From Octopus bimaculoides (taxonomy: Eukaryota), in NCBI RefSeq assembly GCF_001194135.2, contig NC_068981.1, positions 84,456,523 to 84,493,986 on the forward strand: a DNA stretch of 37,464 nucleotides, written 5' to 3'. The notes beneath the pieces are model-generated. The model was not told where the DNA came from and made no database searches. It worked only from the letters and a program-made list of their open reading frames with translations. Numbering within the stretch: the stretch's first letter is position 1; each line of letters starts with the position of its first letter. The translations under genes were made by a program, and so were the position numbers. This document shows, in pieces, positions 1 to 11,976 of this stretch.

Positions 1-299
1 TATATATATATGTGTATGTGTGTGTGTGTGTGTGTGTGCTTGTTTGTCCGTGGACATGATATTTCAAGAATCGCTGAATGGAATCAGATGAAGCATTCAG
101 GGATGTTTCGCCTCGTGACTGTCACGAACTGATTAGATTTTGTGATCGATCCGATACCAAGGATTCTGGGGTTCATTTTTAGTACTCTTGTCGAGTTTAT
201 TTCAGATATTCTCATTAAAAAAAAAACATCTCTGGTTAATCGTTAAGAGGACGTTGTTGTTGCCTTGGTGGAGGTTTGCGCTCTCTGAGTGCTCTTGTT
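1..299 (+). mobile_element. Helentron/HINE (DINE-1-like) non-autonomous element, 3' part
   Basis: Internal TG microsatellite, then a core with 'gaatggaatcagatgaagcattcaggg'. It ends in 'ccttggtggaggtttgcgctctctgagtgc' with a stem-loop GCGCTC-tct-GAGTGC (278-292), followed by 'tcttgtt'. This architecture is typical of Helentron-associated elements; family recognised from memory. Confidence 0.5.
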
Positions 300-856
300 A
301 TTAATGTAATGACGTAGCAATTGTTAATTTTAATACAAATATTGCTAATTACTTTTCCTCTAATATTTTCTTTCTACTGTCATTAATTTGTTACTCGCGT
401 GTCTGTTCAATAGTGTATACCCAACGCTGAAATGAATATATATTTTATTCTTATTAAAAATGTAGAATCATATCATGAGTTGGTAATTCACTTACTGAAA
501 TGAATACTATATTACTTATCGAGTCAGTAATGTTCCTTTCTCCTCGCATAAAAATCCAAATTAGAATTTTGGTGGTGGCCATATGAAATTTGGTAAGATT
601 AACTTCGTGTTCTTTGATGGAGATAACACATCTGAATAATTAATACCAATAGCTTAATTTTATTTGTTTGTTTGACAATGATCTACAGCCCTTTGCACGT
701 TTCTCGAAAATATATATGTCATGAAGGTCGATGTTCGTTTTAAACAGTTATTTGCAAGAAGTGGTTTCCTAGTGGGACTATGGTTGTGCAACGAGGAGTG
801 AATTCAAGGCAGGAACATTTCTGATGACAAAGGATTAAGTCTTTGGTGTTTCTAGT

Positions 857-1067
857 ATATTGGTTTCAAATTTTGGCACAAGGCCAAGAATTTCGGAGAA
901 GGTGCTAAGTCGACTCTGGCGCTCAACTGGTACTTATTTTCAGTGACCCCGAAAGGATGTAAGGCAAAGTCGACCCCGGTGGTATTTGAACTCGGAACGA
1001 AAAGACAGATGAAATGACGTTAGGCATTTTGCACGGCGTGCAAACTGTTCTGCCAGCTCGTCACCCT
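857..1067 (-). mobile_element. tRNA-derived SINE, family A (Meta-like central domain), near full length
   Basis: On the minus strand: 'gagctggcagaacag' A-box region, 'gagttcaaata' B-box, core 'gtcgactttgccttacatcctttcggggtc' and tail 'ccttgtgccaaaatttgaaaccaatat'. Aligns by eye with 8 other copies in the window. Confidence 0.85.
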
Positions 1068-1349
1068 ATTGTCTCTTGTATATTAGTTATTAAATTCCTA
1101 TGAGCATTCACTACTATATTAAGTAACATTGAAAAAAAAAGCTACACTATACCGGTTGATTAATGTTTATAGTGTTTTGGTAAATGAAAAGAGTGACTTT
1201 CCCTTGACACAATTTTAAAACCTGGTTAAGTTGGATTGATTATATTTCGATTCTTGATTTCACAGGTAAAAATGCTTGAATGTCAGTAAGTTTCTTTCTC
1301 TCTCAAAAAGAAACATAAATACTTAATCGCTACACTTTTAAATTCTTTT

Positions 1350-1500
1350 GTTTTTTGCAAGCGGAGAGGTGCAAGTTGATTACATCGACTCTAGTACCTG
1401 GTGATGGCACCTATTTTAACCATCCGGGAAAAAGGCAAAGTCGACCTCAGCTTTATTTGAACTCAATACGAAATGAGTCGGAATAAATACCGCAAAGCGT
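1350..1500 (-). mobile_element. SINE family A, degenerate partial copy
   Basis: 'gattacatcgac', 'aaaggcaaagtcgacctc' and 'atttgaactca...aaataccgc' match the copies at 12243 and 14020. Confidence 0.75.
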
Positions 1501-1554
1501 GAGTTTTCTTTGTCCCGACACACTAGTGACTCTGCCCGCCCCACATTCACATAC

Positions 1555-1791
1555 CTCGTGTGTGTGTTGGCACTCCGTCGCTTACGACGTCGAGGGTTCC
1601 AGTTGATCCGATCAACGGAACAGCCTGCTCGTGAAATTAACGTGCAAGTGGCTGAGCACTCCACAAACACGTGTACCCTTAACGTAGTTCCCGGGGATAT
1701 TCAGCGTGACACAGTGTGACAAGGCTGACCCTTTGAATTACAGGCACAACAGAAACAGGAAGTAAGAGTGAGAGAAAGTTGTGGTGAAAGA
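1555..1791 (-). mobile_element. SINE-like interspersed repeat (family B), 3' part; head lost in the gap
   Basis: GC-richer block 'ggcactccgtcgcttacgacgtcgagggttccagttgatccgatcaacggaacagcc...gtggtgaaaga' running into the N gap. Recalled as an abundant octopus repeat; no second copy in the window to confirm. Confidence 0.5.
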
Positions 1792-2578
1792 NNNNNNNNN
1801 NNNNNNNNNNNNNNNNNNNNNNNNNNNNNNNNNNNNNNNNNNNNNNNNNNNNNNNNNNNNNNNNNNNNNNNNNNNNNNNNNNNNNNNNNNNNNNNNNNNN
1901 NNNNNNNNNNNNNNNNNNNNNNNNNNNNNNNNNNNNNNNNNNNNNNNNNNNNNNNNNNNNNNNNNNNNNNNNNNNNNNNNNNNNNNNNNNNNNNNNNNNN
2001 NNNNNNNNNNNNNNNNNNNNNNNNNNNNNNNNNNNNNNNNNNNNNNNNNNNNNNNNNNNNNNNNNNNNNNNNNNNNNNNNNNNNNNNNNNNNNNNNNNNN
2101 NNNNNNNNNNNNNNNNNNNNNNNNNNNNNNNNNNNNNNNNNNNNNNNNNNNNNNNNNNNNNNNNNNNNNNNNNNNNNNNNNNNNNNNNNNNNNNNNNNNN
2201 NNNNNNNNNNNNNNNNNNNNNNNNNNNNNNNNNNNNNNNNNNNNNNNNNNNNNNNNNNNNNNNNNNNNNNNNNNNNNNNNNNNNNNNNNNNNNNNNNNNN
2301 NNNNNNNNNNNNNNNNNNNNNNNNNNNNNNNNNNNNNNNNNNNNNNNNNNNNNNNNNNNNNNNNNNNNNNNNNNNNNNNNNNNNNNNNNNNNNNNNNNNN
2401 NNNNNNNNNNNNNNNNNNNNNNNNNNNNNNNNNNNNNNNNNNNNNNNNNNNNNNNNNNNNNNNNNNNNNNNNNNNNNNNNNNNNNNNNNNNNNNNNNNNN
2501 NNNNNNNNNNNNNNNNNNNNNNNNNNNNNNNNNNNNNNNNNNNNNNNNNNNNNNNNNNNNNNNNNNNNNNNNNNNNNN
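1792..2578. other. Assembly gap. Others: 3704-4028, 5158-5382, 10458-11063, 12522-12531, 18611-19106, 20056-20636, 22419-22706, 31998-32007, 33880-34126
   Basis: Runs of N, mostly flanked by TA/CA/ACC microsatellites, as expected of short-read assembly breaks. Confidence 0.98.
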
Positions 2579-2972
2579 AATGAACTAAACAAGTTTTTTT
2601 TTTGTGCTTGAAAGGAATAAAAAAAGAATATTTTAAATGAACAAATAAAATAATTTCTTTATCAAAAACAATTGTATCTCGAAACAAAACTGATGTCGCA
2701 AAAGTAAAACATGTTATCTTGGTGGACTGAGGGTGCGTTTGATATTGGGGAAACAACAAAAGAAAATGTTACAAAGTTTGTGAGAAAATTTTGTGAATAC
2801 AATAAAAACATGAGGGAAATAATGGGAGAGAAAAATTCAGCCGTTGTGTGAAACATTGTAGTGAAGACAATACAGGATTGTACTGCGAGAGGAATGGGAG
2901 GGGTGAGTGGTGGGGTGGGCATTTGAGAGAAGGAATAGAGAACGTAGGAAGAAAAGACGGTGAAACAGAAAG

Positions 2973-3106
2973 CAGTAGTAGTAGTAGTGGTAGTGGTAGT
3001 AGTAGTAGTAGTGGTAGTGGTAGTGATAGTAGTAGTAGTAGTGGTAGTGGTAGTGGTAGTAGTAGTAGTAGTAGTGGTAGTGGTAGTGATAGTAGTAGTG
3101 GTAGTG

Positions 3107-3149
<43 letters not shown>

Positions 3150-3180
3150 TGGTAGTGGTAATAGTAGTAGTAGTAGTAGC
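2973..3180. repeat. Compound trinucleotide repeat (AGT)n/(GGTAGT)n
   Basis: Read directly. It accounts for the Ser/Gly, poly-Val and Leu/Pro ORFs at 2769-3324. Confidence 0.95.
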
Positions 3181-3490
3181 TTTGGAAGTGAGGTGGTGAT
3201 TATTCTGTTTTTGAACGTGGCTATCAAATTTGATCTAGCTGACTTATGGATCAAGGGCGTTAGTTCCAGTCAGGTTAATCCACTCCAGTCTTTTATTGTT
3301 ACAAAGACGGGCTATATGAAATGACTTGTTTTAATCCCGAGGAAAGAAGAAAGAAAAAGAAAAGAAGATCGTTAGAGCGTCGGCAAAAAATGGTATATAA
3401 AATTTGTTCCAGCTCTTTAGTAACTCTCTGAGTTCAATTCCTGCTAATGTCAACGTCATATTTCATTCATCAGGGATCGATGAAATAAAG

Positions 3491-3560
3491 CAGTCTTCCG
3501 CAACCGGTATGCCGCGGCACACTGGTGTGGCACGAAACGATGCTAGGTTCGCCGCAGTAT
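3491..3560 (+). mobile_element. hAT (Charlie-like) MITE terminus
   Basis: 'cagtcttccgcaaccggtatgccgcggcacactggtgtg' resembles the CAG..CAACC..TGCCGCGGCACAC terminal motif of hAT MITEs. The opposite TIR was not found. Confidence 0.4.
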
Positions 3561-4028
3561 AACCTGAATATAATTTTTCTCCCTATACTTTTAGTTATAT
3601 CTTCAGTTCAGGTGTTCTCCCAAATTTGAACGGTAATTAAATAAATATTAATATTATATTATGTATGTATATATATATATACATATGTATGCATATATAT
3701 ATANNNNNNNNNNNNNNNNNNNNNNNNNNNNNNNNNNNNNNNNNNNNNNNNNNNNNNNNNNNNNNNNNNNNNNNNNNNNNNNNNNNNNNNNNNNNNNNNN
3801 NNNNNNNNNNNNNNNNNNNNNNNNNNNNNNNNNNNNNNNNNNNNNNNNNNNNNNNNNNNNNNNNNNNNNNNNNNNNNNNNNNNNNNNNNNNNNNNNNNNN
3901 NNNNNNNNNNNNNNNNNNNNNNNNNNNNNNNNNNNNNNNNNNNNNNNNNNNNNNNNNNNNNNNNNNNNNNNNNNNNNNNNNNNNNNNNNNNNNNNNNNNN
4001 NNNNNNNNNNNNNNNNNNNNNNNNNNNN

Positions 4029-4072
<44 letters not shown>

Positions 4073-4544
4073 CGTCGCGTATACCTGTATGTTTTAAGCG
4101 TGTATGTGAGTGTATCATGGACTGTAGTTTGCGTCGCAAGACATAAAGAGATATTATGAAAAGGTTTAGAAATTATGTAGTTTTACATGGTTAAAAAATG
4201 GTGGAAGACAGCTTAAGGATAGATTTTTTTATGATGAGATCTGTATTTAAAGGGAGATTGTAAGATAGGGAAGGAAATAATACTGGGAAAGGGCGAAAAT
4301 AAGTGAAAATAGACGAGAAATACAAAGGGAATGAGGGTTCTAGATGTAATATGTAGAAAGAGAAAAGGAAGAGAATCGTAACTACGAAGGTACGCGCGGA
4401 AAACAGAGAGTGCACGCGATAAAACAAACTATTAAAAAAAAACATGTGATGAGAAATGACTAAAAGAAAAGCTTGGGAAACTTCGAGTGACTCAAAAAAC
4501 GTCCGAGTAACGAGGATAATAAACATATTCGCTATAGCATAGTG

Positions 4545-4756
4545 ATAGATAGATAGATAGATAGATAGATGGACGGACGAACAGATATATAGGCAAGTAC
4601 ACAGACAAACAGACAGACAGGTAGACAAACTGATAGATTGATAGATAGATAGATAGACAGACGGATGGATGGATTGACGGACGGACGGACACATATATAG
4701 GCAGGAACGCATAGACAAACGGACAAATAAACAGACAGACAGACAGGTAGACAAAC

Positions 4757-4790
<34 letters not shown>
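4545..4790. repeat. Compound (GATA)/(GACA)/(GACG) tetranucleotide repeat
   Basis: Read directly. Confidence 0.95.
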
Positions 4791-4792
<2 letters not shown>

Positions 4793-5108
4793 GAAAAAGA
4801 AAAAGAATGAAAGCAAGACAGAACGTATAAGTGAACGATAATTGGAAGAAAGAGAAAAAGAAGGGAGTGTAATGGAGCAATATGTGGAAAAGGGGGTGAG
4901 GAATAAAATTGAAGAAAGAAAACTAGGTGTGAAGGCAATTGTAGAGAAAAATAATCATTAACGACTGCCAGGAAATGAAGCTTTTGAATATGGCTAAAAT
5001 AGGATCACCATCAAGAGAGAATTGATGTCGTTTGAAATATTGTCCGTCCTTGATGCCAAGGCTACCCAGCACCACCATTCCACCATCAGCGACAACAACT
5101 TTATCTTT

Positions 5109-5157
<49 letters not shown>

Positions 5158-5382
5158 NNNNNNNNNNNNNNNNNNNNNNNNNNNNNNNNNNNNNNNNNNN
5201 NNNNNNNNNNNNNNNNNNNNNNNNNNNNNNNNNNNNNNNNNNNNNNNNNNNNNNNNNNNNNNNNNNNNNNNNNNNNNNNNNNNNNNNNNNNNNNNNNNNN
5301 NNNNNNNNNNNNNNNNNNNNNNNNNNNNNNNNNNNNNNNNNNNNNNNNNNNNNNNNNNNNNNNNNNNNNNNNNNNNNNNNNN

Positions 5383-5421
<39 letters not shown>

Positions 5422-6308
5422 AACACACGCAAGGCAGCGTCTTTAGATTTTCTACAAAATCTGAAAATGAGAAAATGATGAGTAAAGAACAGAAATAAAA
5501 CAGAAGCGGAAGATTCACGAAGATAAAACGGAAGGCGTTAACACAAGAAAGTGAACAACAGTCAATCGGGCTCGGGTCAAAGGGAGAAAAAGAAAAGCAG
5601 AGCATAATAGCTATTCTATTACTTCCAACATAACAGAGTTCCGATATTTTTTTTTCCTACTGATTCCAATAGCCGTGATTATTCCACAATGGCGGCTTTC
5701 TTTAGGTTTATTTCTTTACGTTGTTCAGTGAATTTTCCGTCGTTTCCGATATTATTTGATTTGAACATTGATGCCATGTGGTAGTGATGTTTGAATAGTG
5801 GCAGTGGACGTGGAATGAACGGTGTCAGGTTTGACAAGGGTGTTATGAAGAAGGAAAGCGTATTAGTTTGCTAGGCTCTTTAAACGACTAGCAAGCTAGT
5901 TTGCTGTATTTCGTTATCTCGGGTCATTACACCATAGTTGGTTGTCAAGCGAATTATTAAGAAACATTAAGGATGAAACAAAAAAAAAAAGTAAAGATAT
6001 TACACGGGAAACAAGCTTCCGATCTGAAAAATGCAGAATAAATAAGTGATTATTAAGAGGGGTCAACAACAGAGAATAAAGAAAACAATATCCCCAGCCT
6101 CGAAACAAACATCAGAAACAATAGAAAAAAATAAATAAATTTGAATGAAGAAAACAAATAAATAAATGATAATAATTTTTTTTTGTTTTTTAAATCGAAG
6201 AAATTCAAACTACATTTCATGCACGCATATTTGTATGCAGTACTTTGGTTGTATGCATGCATGTGTGGATGCATGCACGAATGTATGTATATGTATGTAT
6301 ATATATAT

Positions 6309-6310
6309 AA

Positions 6311-6345
<35 letters not shown>

Positions 6346-6512
6346 CAGAGACAGACAGACAGATAGAGACAGAGACAGAGAGAGAGAGACAGACAGACAG
6401 ACAGAGACAGAGAGAGACAGAGAGAGAGACAGACAGAGAGAGACAGACAGAGACAGACAGACAGAGAGAGAGCCAGGGCGACAGAGACAGAGGCAAAGAG
6501 AGAGATTGAGAA
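6309..6512. repeat. (GA)n/(GAGACA)n/(CAGA)n purine-rich repeat
   Basis: Read directly. Confidence 0.95.
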
Positions 6513-7404
6513 AAAGAGAGACGCACTCTCACATACAATTACATACACATATTTAATAATTACTTGACTGTTCCGTATGACAGTTTCGTAAGCGCTTCGG
6601 ACGCGTCCATCTCTCCACATTATCAGAAGAGTATACACACATACATACACACACACACATGCATACATACACTCACATACACACATACATAAGTGCGTGC
6701 ATATGTGTATGTATGTATGTATGTATGTAGGTACGTATGTATGTATGTATATGCGTGTGTGTACATGTGTGATTGCGTTGATACATGCATAGAAACGTAC
6801 ACGATACCTTTAGTAAAACTGAGAATGTTGAATGAAGAAAAATGTACAACAAATTCTAATTCTATAAAACTTTAGGTGTAGTAAGATTTATGCACGAGAT
6901 CACTAATTTTCTTCATTCTTTAGTTTGTTTAATTATTTTTTGCTTTGTCTCAATCTCCTTCTGTAGTTAAGGAGCGTCACTTTCTAATATCTTTTGAATA
7001 ATATAGCTATAGAAAATGTCTGTTTTTACTAATTAGTAACGTCCCTCTCCCTCCCTCTCTCTGTCTCTCTCTAACCCTATGCCCCTCTCTCTGTCCCTGC
7101 TCCCTCTCTCTATCCCTTCCTCTTCTCTGTATCCCTCTTCCTTCTCTTCTCTCACTGTTTCCAACCAATATTTGAAAAAGTTCAAAATACATTTTAAAGG
7201 AAAGTTTACTGTATTCTTACATACACAGGTACGCATGTACACATATACTCACAAGTGCAAACATAGAGGTATACACATATACGTATACAAGTTTGCACAC
7301 ACGATCACGCACTTATGTGCCTATACTTGGACGTACATAACATGTATGTATATATGTGTGCGTGTGTGTGTATATGTGTGTAAGATATCAAAATATCATA
7401 CATG

Positions 7405-7408
7405 CATG

Positions 7409-7485
<77 letters not shown>

Positions 7486-7533
7486 TAAACTCGAAAAATT
7501 ATTTTCATCTTAGCAACGTTGCAGTCGTCGTCG

Positions 7534-7567
<34 letters not shown>

Positions 7568-7610
7568 AATCGTAACGATCATCACCATCATATTCATCAT
7601 CTTCATCATC
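7405..7610. repeat. (CA)n-(TA)n tract followed by (TCG/ATC)n
   Basis: Read directly. Similar dinucleotide and mixed tracts at about 6630-6775, 9118-9168, 10260-11126, 12541-12670, 14540-14658, 19107-19600, 21360-21695, 23270-23670, 26200-26620, 33757-34200, 35390-35720 and 36130-36255. Confidence 0.95.
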
Positions 7611-7808
7611 AAAAACAACAGTGGTATATATATAAAAGAAATTCTTCGTTATTCCTATTTACTCTTTAACTCATTCGGATTATGAATGTAGGAAGCCTTC
7701 AACCAAGTGTGGTGATACAATTAACTAATATCTAATGATGACCTCAGAGTGCGAAGCTGAATTAATATGGGATTGTTAACAACTATTTGTGGTGATTTCT
7801 GCGGCTAG

Positions 7809-7876
7809 CCCCTTCAAGGTGATATCCCAGTATGACCGCAGTTCAATCACTGAAACAAGAGTAAAAGAATAAAAGA
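7809..7876 (+). mobile_element. Isolated SINE/LINE 3' tail fragment (family C type)
   Basis: 'cccagtatgaccgcagttcaatcactgaaacaagagtaaaagaataaaaga' matches the reverse complement of 11977-12010 ('ccccagcatggcagcagtccaatgactgaaacaa'). Confidence 0.65.
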
Positions 7877-8010
7877 AAAAAATAATCATAATTTTCCAGC
7901 GTCCATCAGTGGTTTTACGAAAGTTTCTAAATCTAGTTACTACATTACTGCAAACAACAGTTAAAACTATATACATTCGACGGATATTTGTCCTCATCTT
8001 CTTTGTTGTT

Positions 8011-8056
8011 AACACAACGTTTCGGCCGATATATCCTTCAGCCTTCTTCAGGTGTC
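8011..8056 (-). ncRNA. Minimal type I hammerhead ribozyme motif
   Basis: Minus strand reads GACAC-CUGAAGA-A-GGCUG[aaggauauau]CGGCC-GAAAC-GUU-GUGUU. Stem I is GACAC/GUGUU, stem II is 5 bp, the core is intact, and stem III is the loopless palindrome AACGUU. Predicted cleavage after the GUU at 8016. Confidence 0.65.
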
Positions 8057-8068
8057 TTGGGGAAATGT

Positions 8069-8114
8069 CGAACCTGAAGAAGGCCGGAGGGTATATCAGC
8101 CGAAACGTTGTGTT
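8069..8114 (+). ncRNA. Second, inverted minimal hammerhead motif with damaged stem I
   Basis: CUGAAGA 8074-8080, GGC/GCC stem II, GAAAC 8102-8106, GUU 8107-8109. Stem I is only partly paired (cgaac vs gtgtt) because the inversion junction falls there. Confidence 0.5.
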
Positions 8115-8505
8115 AACTACAAACGAGGTAAGGACAAATATCCGTCGAATGTAAATAATGTAAATAATGCACATAACTCCTCATCTCTTAAATATAGAAC
8201 TATAGTTAGAACTATATTATCAAGTACACAATCCAAGAATCCAGTAATTTGCAGAGTTATCTACCATGATTTCTCGGCTACTGCATGATTGCAGCTAATC
8301 CATAATGTTTTACAGACCTCAGCATTTAATGAATCACTAAAAGAACTGGAAAGACACAAGGTGTATAAAATTGATAATGTTTTGAATCCCGACACATTTT
8401 TTTTTTTTGTGTGTGATATTTACTCTTGTGTGTTAATAAAGCTTATCTTTGCACACTTAAACTTATGGAGCATACAACTCAGGCAAAATTATGCAATAGA
8501 TTTTA

Positions 8506-8648
8506 TACGCAGGAGTGTTGAAAAGTCCTTGGTTTTAAGGGTGTCGAGAAAGGTCTGATTGAAGGCCCAACATTCCGAGTTCTTTTAGAAGGATTAGAAA
8601 ATCTGAAGGACAGTTACAATAAGTGTGTGAATCTGAGAGGGGAATATT
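8506..8648. mobile_element. Mariner-derived MITE, truncated
   Basis: TA followed by the TIR-like 'tacgcaggagtgttgaaaagtccttgg'. Ends in 'ctgaaggacagttacaataagtgtgtgaatctgagaggggaatat' (LKDSYNKCVNLRGEY), which resembles the mariner transposase C-terminal KC..xGxY motif. Confidence 0.65.
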
Positions 8649-8745
8649 CTTTTATTCATTTATTCTTTTACATACGTAATTGCATAGATAGATATGTTTG
8701 TACCTATGTCTATATTTGTATATCTATGTATATATGCATGCATAA

Positions 8746-8860
8746 GCAGGCATGATTATGGGGTTAAGTCGCCTGGCAATAACATAGTTTTGGGTCCAAT
8801 TTTGTTACTCCCCGTCTTAAGCGTTAGGCAGACGGAAACTGTGCAAAGGCTCATGTGTAT
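8746..8860 (+). mobile_element. Degenerate SINE head (family C type)
   Basis: Decayed tRNA-like head followed by 'ggcagacggaaactgtgcaaaggctc' and a TG microsatellite. Recognised from memory. Confidence 0.4.
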
Positions 8861-9117
8861 AGATTAGCATGCGCATGCGTATGTGTGTGTGCGTGTTTTC
8901 ATGTGTTTCGTACAAATAACCAATATTGTTTTAAAATGATAATTTTAGCCGCTCCATAATATCTACACACATATAAAATATGATCTTTGACTGCAGTGCC
9001 ACAGCATGACCATTTCTATGATTGAAACAAATAAAAATATTTCAGAACGAATGTATACATGTAAATAATCTCGAATTTAATCCTATCTTCGAATGAACCA
9101 GTTTTGTATTTTTTCTT

Positions 9118-9152
<35 letters not shown>

Positions 9153-9769
9153 ACTCACTCTCCCTCTCTAATATCTTTAATTTAATAAAAATCAAAAATG
9201 TTTTAACGAACTACCATTTTAACTGTTGTAATCAACTCATAGTTTCACTGGCAAACTGAATGTAATTTCTTCCTGACCGATGGTTATAATACAGAAAGAA
9301 AATAAAACAATATTTATTTATTATTCCATTTATATATTCGAAATGTAAACTTAATGTCTTTCATTACGATGTACCCGAATCAAATTCTGCTCTCAGCATC
9401 ATTGATCCCTTTAAGCTCTTTGCATTTTCACCGCGTCTCGTTCGAGTCTGTTAAACAAATACAATTTTCATCTGACTCTCTGAAACAATTACCACATGCA
9501 AAGATTTCGATGAACGTTCAAATATACGGTCGAACATGTTTATTTATTTAGTTAGTTAGTTAGCTAGTTATTTACTTGTTTTATTTATTTAATTTCCCTA
9601 CTGCATATTTTAGGTCCGTTAAACATTAACAATGTAAACCAACCCTTCCAAACCGATTATGAAACGAAAAGGTTTCAATAAACGGTCAAATAAAATGTCG
9701 CATTTTATTTGTACTTTGGTTTTGCTTTTTTTTTGTGTGTGCATTTTGTTTAATTTTGACATACATACG

Positions 9770-9780
9770 TATTATTATTA

Positions 9781-9826
<46 letters not shown>
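9770..9826. repeat. (TAT)n microsatellite
   Basis: Read directly. Confidence 0.95.
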
Positions 9827-9827
<1 letters not shown>

Positions 9828-10399
9828 TAAAATGTATGTGATGGGTCATTTACTGTCTGTGAAAATAAAATAAACCAAAAACATATAAAATATATATATA
9901 AAAATACAGAATTATGAAACTGTCATAACTGACGTGAAAATAGGGGTCATACTATACAGGTTTCCTTTCCCGAAATTATGAATATTCAGATAAACTTGGG
10001 AGTTGTATAAGTGTGTGAATGTAAACACACGCACATTATAATCCTAACTCTTTCCATTGCCTGCCAATGAAATGTATATGTTTTAATTTTATTTTTTCTA
10101 CACCCTACCGCACTCGCCCGCTTATCGTTTTGTTTCATATATCTTTTTATTGACATCCTCTTCAAACTGAATGTGAAATTAACGTCGTTTTATGATGGGT
10201 AGGAAAGTTTCAATAAAAATAAAACACCCCTTAAAACTGTCAGATGAAAACAGCAAGCTATATACATACATAGTACATACATACAGATATACATACATTC
10301 ATTCATTCATACATACATACATAAATGCATACATAAATGCATATATGTGTGCGTGTATGTATAAATGTACGTATATGTGTGTATGTGCATGTATATATG

Positions 10400-10457
<58 letters not shown>

Positions 10458-11063
10458 NNNNNNNNNNNNNNNNNNNNNNNNNNNNNNNNNNNNNNNNNNN
10501 NNNNNNNNNNNNNNNNNNNNNNNNNNNNNNNNNNNNNNNNNNNNNNNNNNNNNNNNNNNNNNNNNNNNNNNNNNNNNNNNNNNNNNNNNNNNNNNNNNNN
10601 NNNNNNNNNNNNNNNNNNNNNNNNNNNNNNNNNNNNNNNNNNNNNNNNNNNNNNNNNNNNNNNNNNNNNNNNNNNNNNNNNNNNNNNNNNNNNNNNNNNN
10701 NNNNNNNNNNNNNNNNNNNNNNNNNNNNNNNNNNNNNNNNNNNNNNNNNNNNNNNNNNNNNNNNNNNNNNNNNNNNNNNNNNNNNNNNNNNNNNNNNNNN
10801 NNNNNNNNNNNNNNNNNNNNNNNNNNNNNNNNNNNNNNNNNNNNNNNNNNNNNNNNNNNNNNNNNNNNNNNNNNNNNNNNNNNNNNNNNNNNNNNNNNNN
10901 NNNNNNNNNNNNNNNNNNNNNNNNNNNNNNNNNNNNNNNNNNNNNNNNNNNNNNNNNNNNNNNNNNNNNNNNNNNNNNNNNNNNNNNNNNNNNNNNNNNN
11001 NNNNNNNNNNNNNNNNNNNNNNNNNNNNNNNNNNNNNNNNNNNNNNNNNNNNNNNNNNNNNNN

Positions 11064-11116
<53 letters not shown>

Positions 11117-11125
11117 TACATACAT

Positions 11126-11190
11126 ATGGCGGCGCATCAGCACGGCCGCAGCTCTGAGCTGAAACTATAAAAAAAAATAAAATAAAATAA
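11126..11190 (+). mobile_element. SINE 3' tail with A-rich end
   Basis: 'ggcggcgcatcagcacggccgcagctctgagctgaaacta' followed by an A-rich (AAAAT)n tail. Shares the cagca.ggc.gcag...ctgaaac motif with 7809 and 11977. Confidence 0.55.
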
Positions 11191-11976
11191 ATATATACAT
11201 ACAGGCATACATACATACATGTATGTATACATACATATATACATACATATACGTACACATATTATACGTATGTGAGTGCGTTGCACACACTTATAAACAC
11301 GCGAAAGTAAATGCGCAACTACACACGCACATTAAGCGAAGAGTAAAAGAGCACGCAATGCTTAAATTGGAATAAATTATGAATCGAATATAAGGGTGGG
11401 TAAGCGAGAAAGAGATGCAGTAGATCTGTTTTAGGAAATAGAATAACGATTTGAGAGATGGATCACTGAAAAGTAAATAAATAGAAAAATAGCATTGCGC
11501 ATATTAAGCGGAAGTAGCTTCAAGCCCCATCAAAATAATGTCAACCGAGAGTGTGCATCAGGATATGAAGACAATAAAAACATAAAAAAGAGAAAATTTA
11601 AGTCTGTGAAAGGGGCAAGTGTGCGACATTGAGCCGTTTCCGGACAGACGTTTAAAGTCGAATAGATGTGCGCTTTACCGTTACTCAATGTCGCGTTGCA
11701 TTTGTTATTGCTGTTATGTTTTTTGTTTTTATTTTTCGTTTTTTTTGTTGTGGATTTTTTACTTTTTTTTTTTTTGTTCATATTGTTATTGTCGTTGTTA
11801 CTAATGTCGCTGTTGTTCTTAATTTTTATTCTCGAAAAAAAAAAAAAGAAATGAGTAGGGAGTCAAGTAGTTTGTTGACTAAGGGCGAGGTGATTGCTTA
11901 CTAAAACACAAAGGGTGAGAGTTTAATTGCTGGTGCAATTAATTTGTTAACAATTTCTTATCTGTTATCATTTATA

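Larger units (their letters stand above)
7972..8210. mobile_element. Palindromic Penelope-like (pLTR-derived) non-autonomous element
   Basis: 82-bp inverted arms 7972-8053 and 8072-8153 with an 18-nt spacer. Each arm carries a CTGAAGA...GAAACGTT hammerhead motif, which is characteristic of Penelope pLTRs. Confidence 0.65.

Noticed and set aside
821-850. CTGATGA followed by a CAAAG/CTTTG hairpin (hammerhead-like)
   Set aside because: No GAAA after stem II and no stem I or III.
1701-2759. Long ORFs spanning N runs (here and at the other gaps)
   Set aside because: Artefacts of translating Ns and microsatellites.
4960-5110. Open minus-strand frame DKVVVADGGMVVLGSLGIKDG...
   Set aside because: No recognisable homology, poor acceptor context (TA repeat) and no clear donor.
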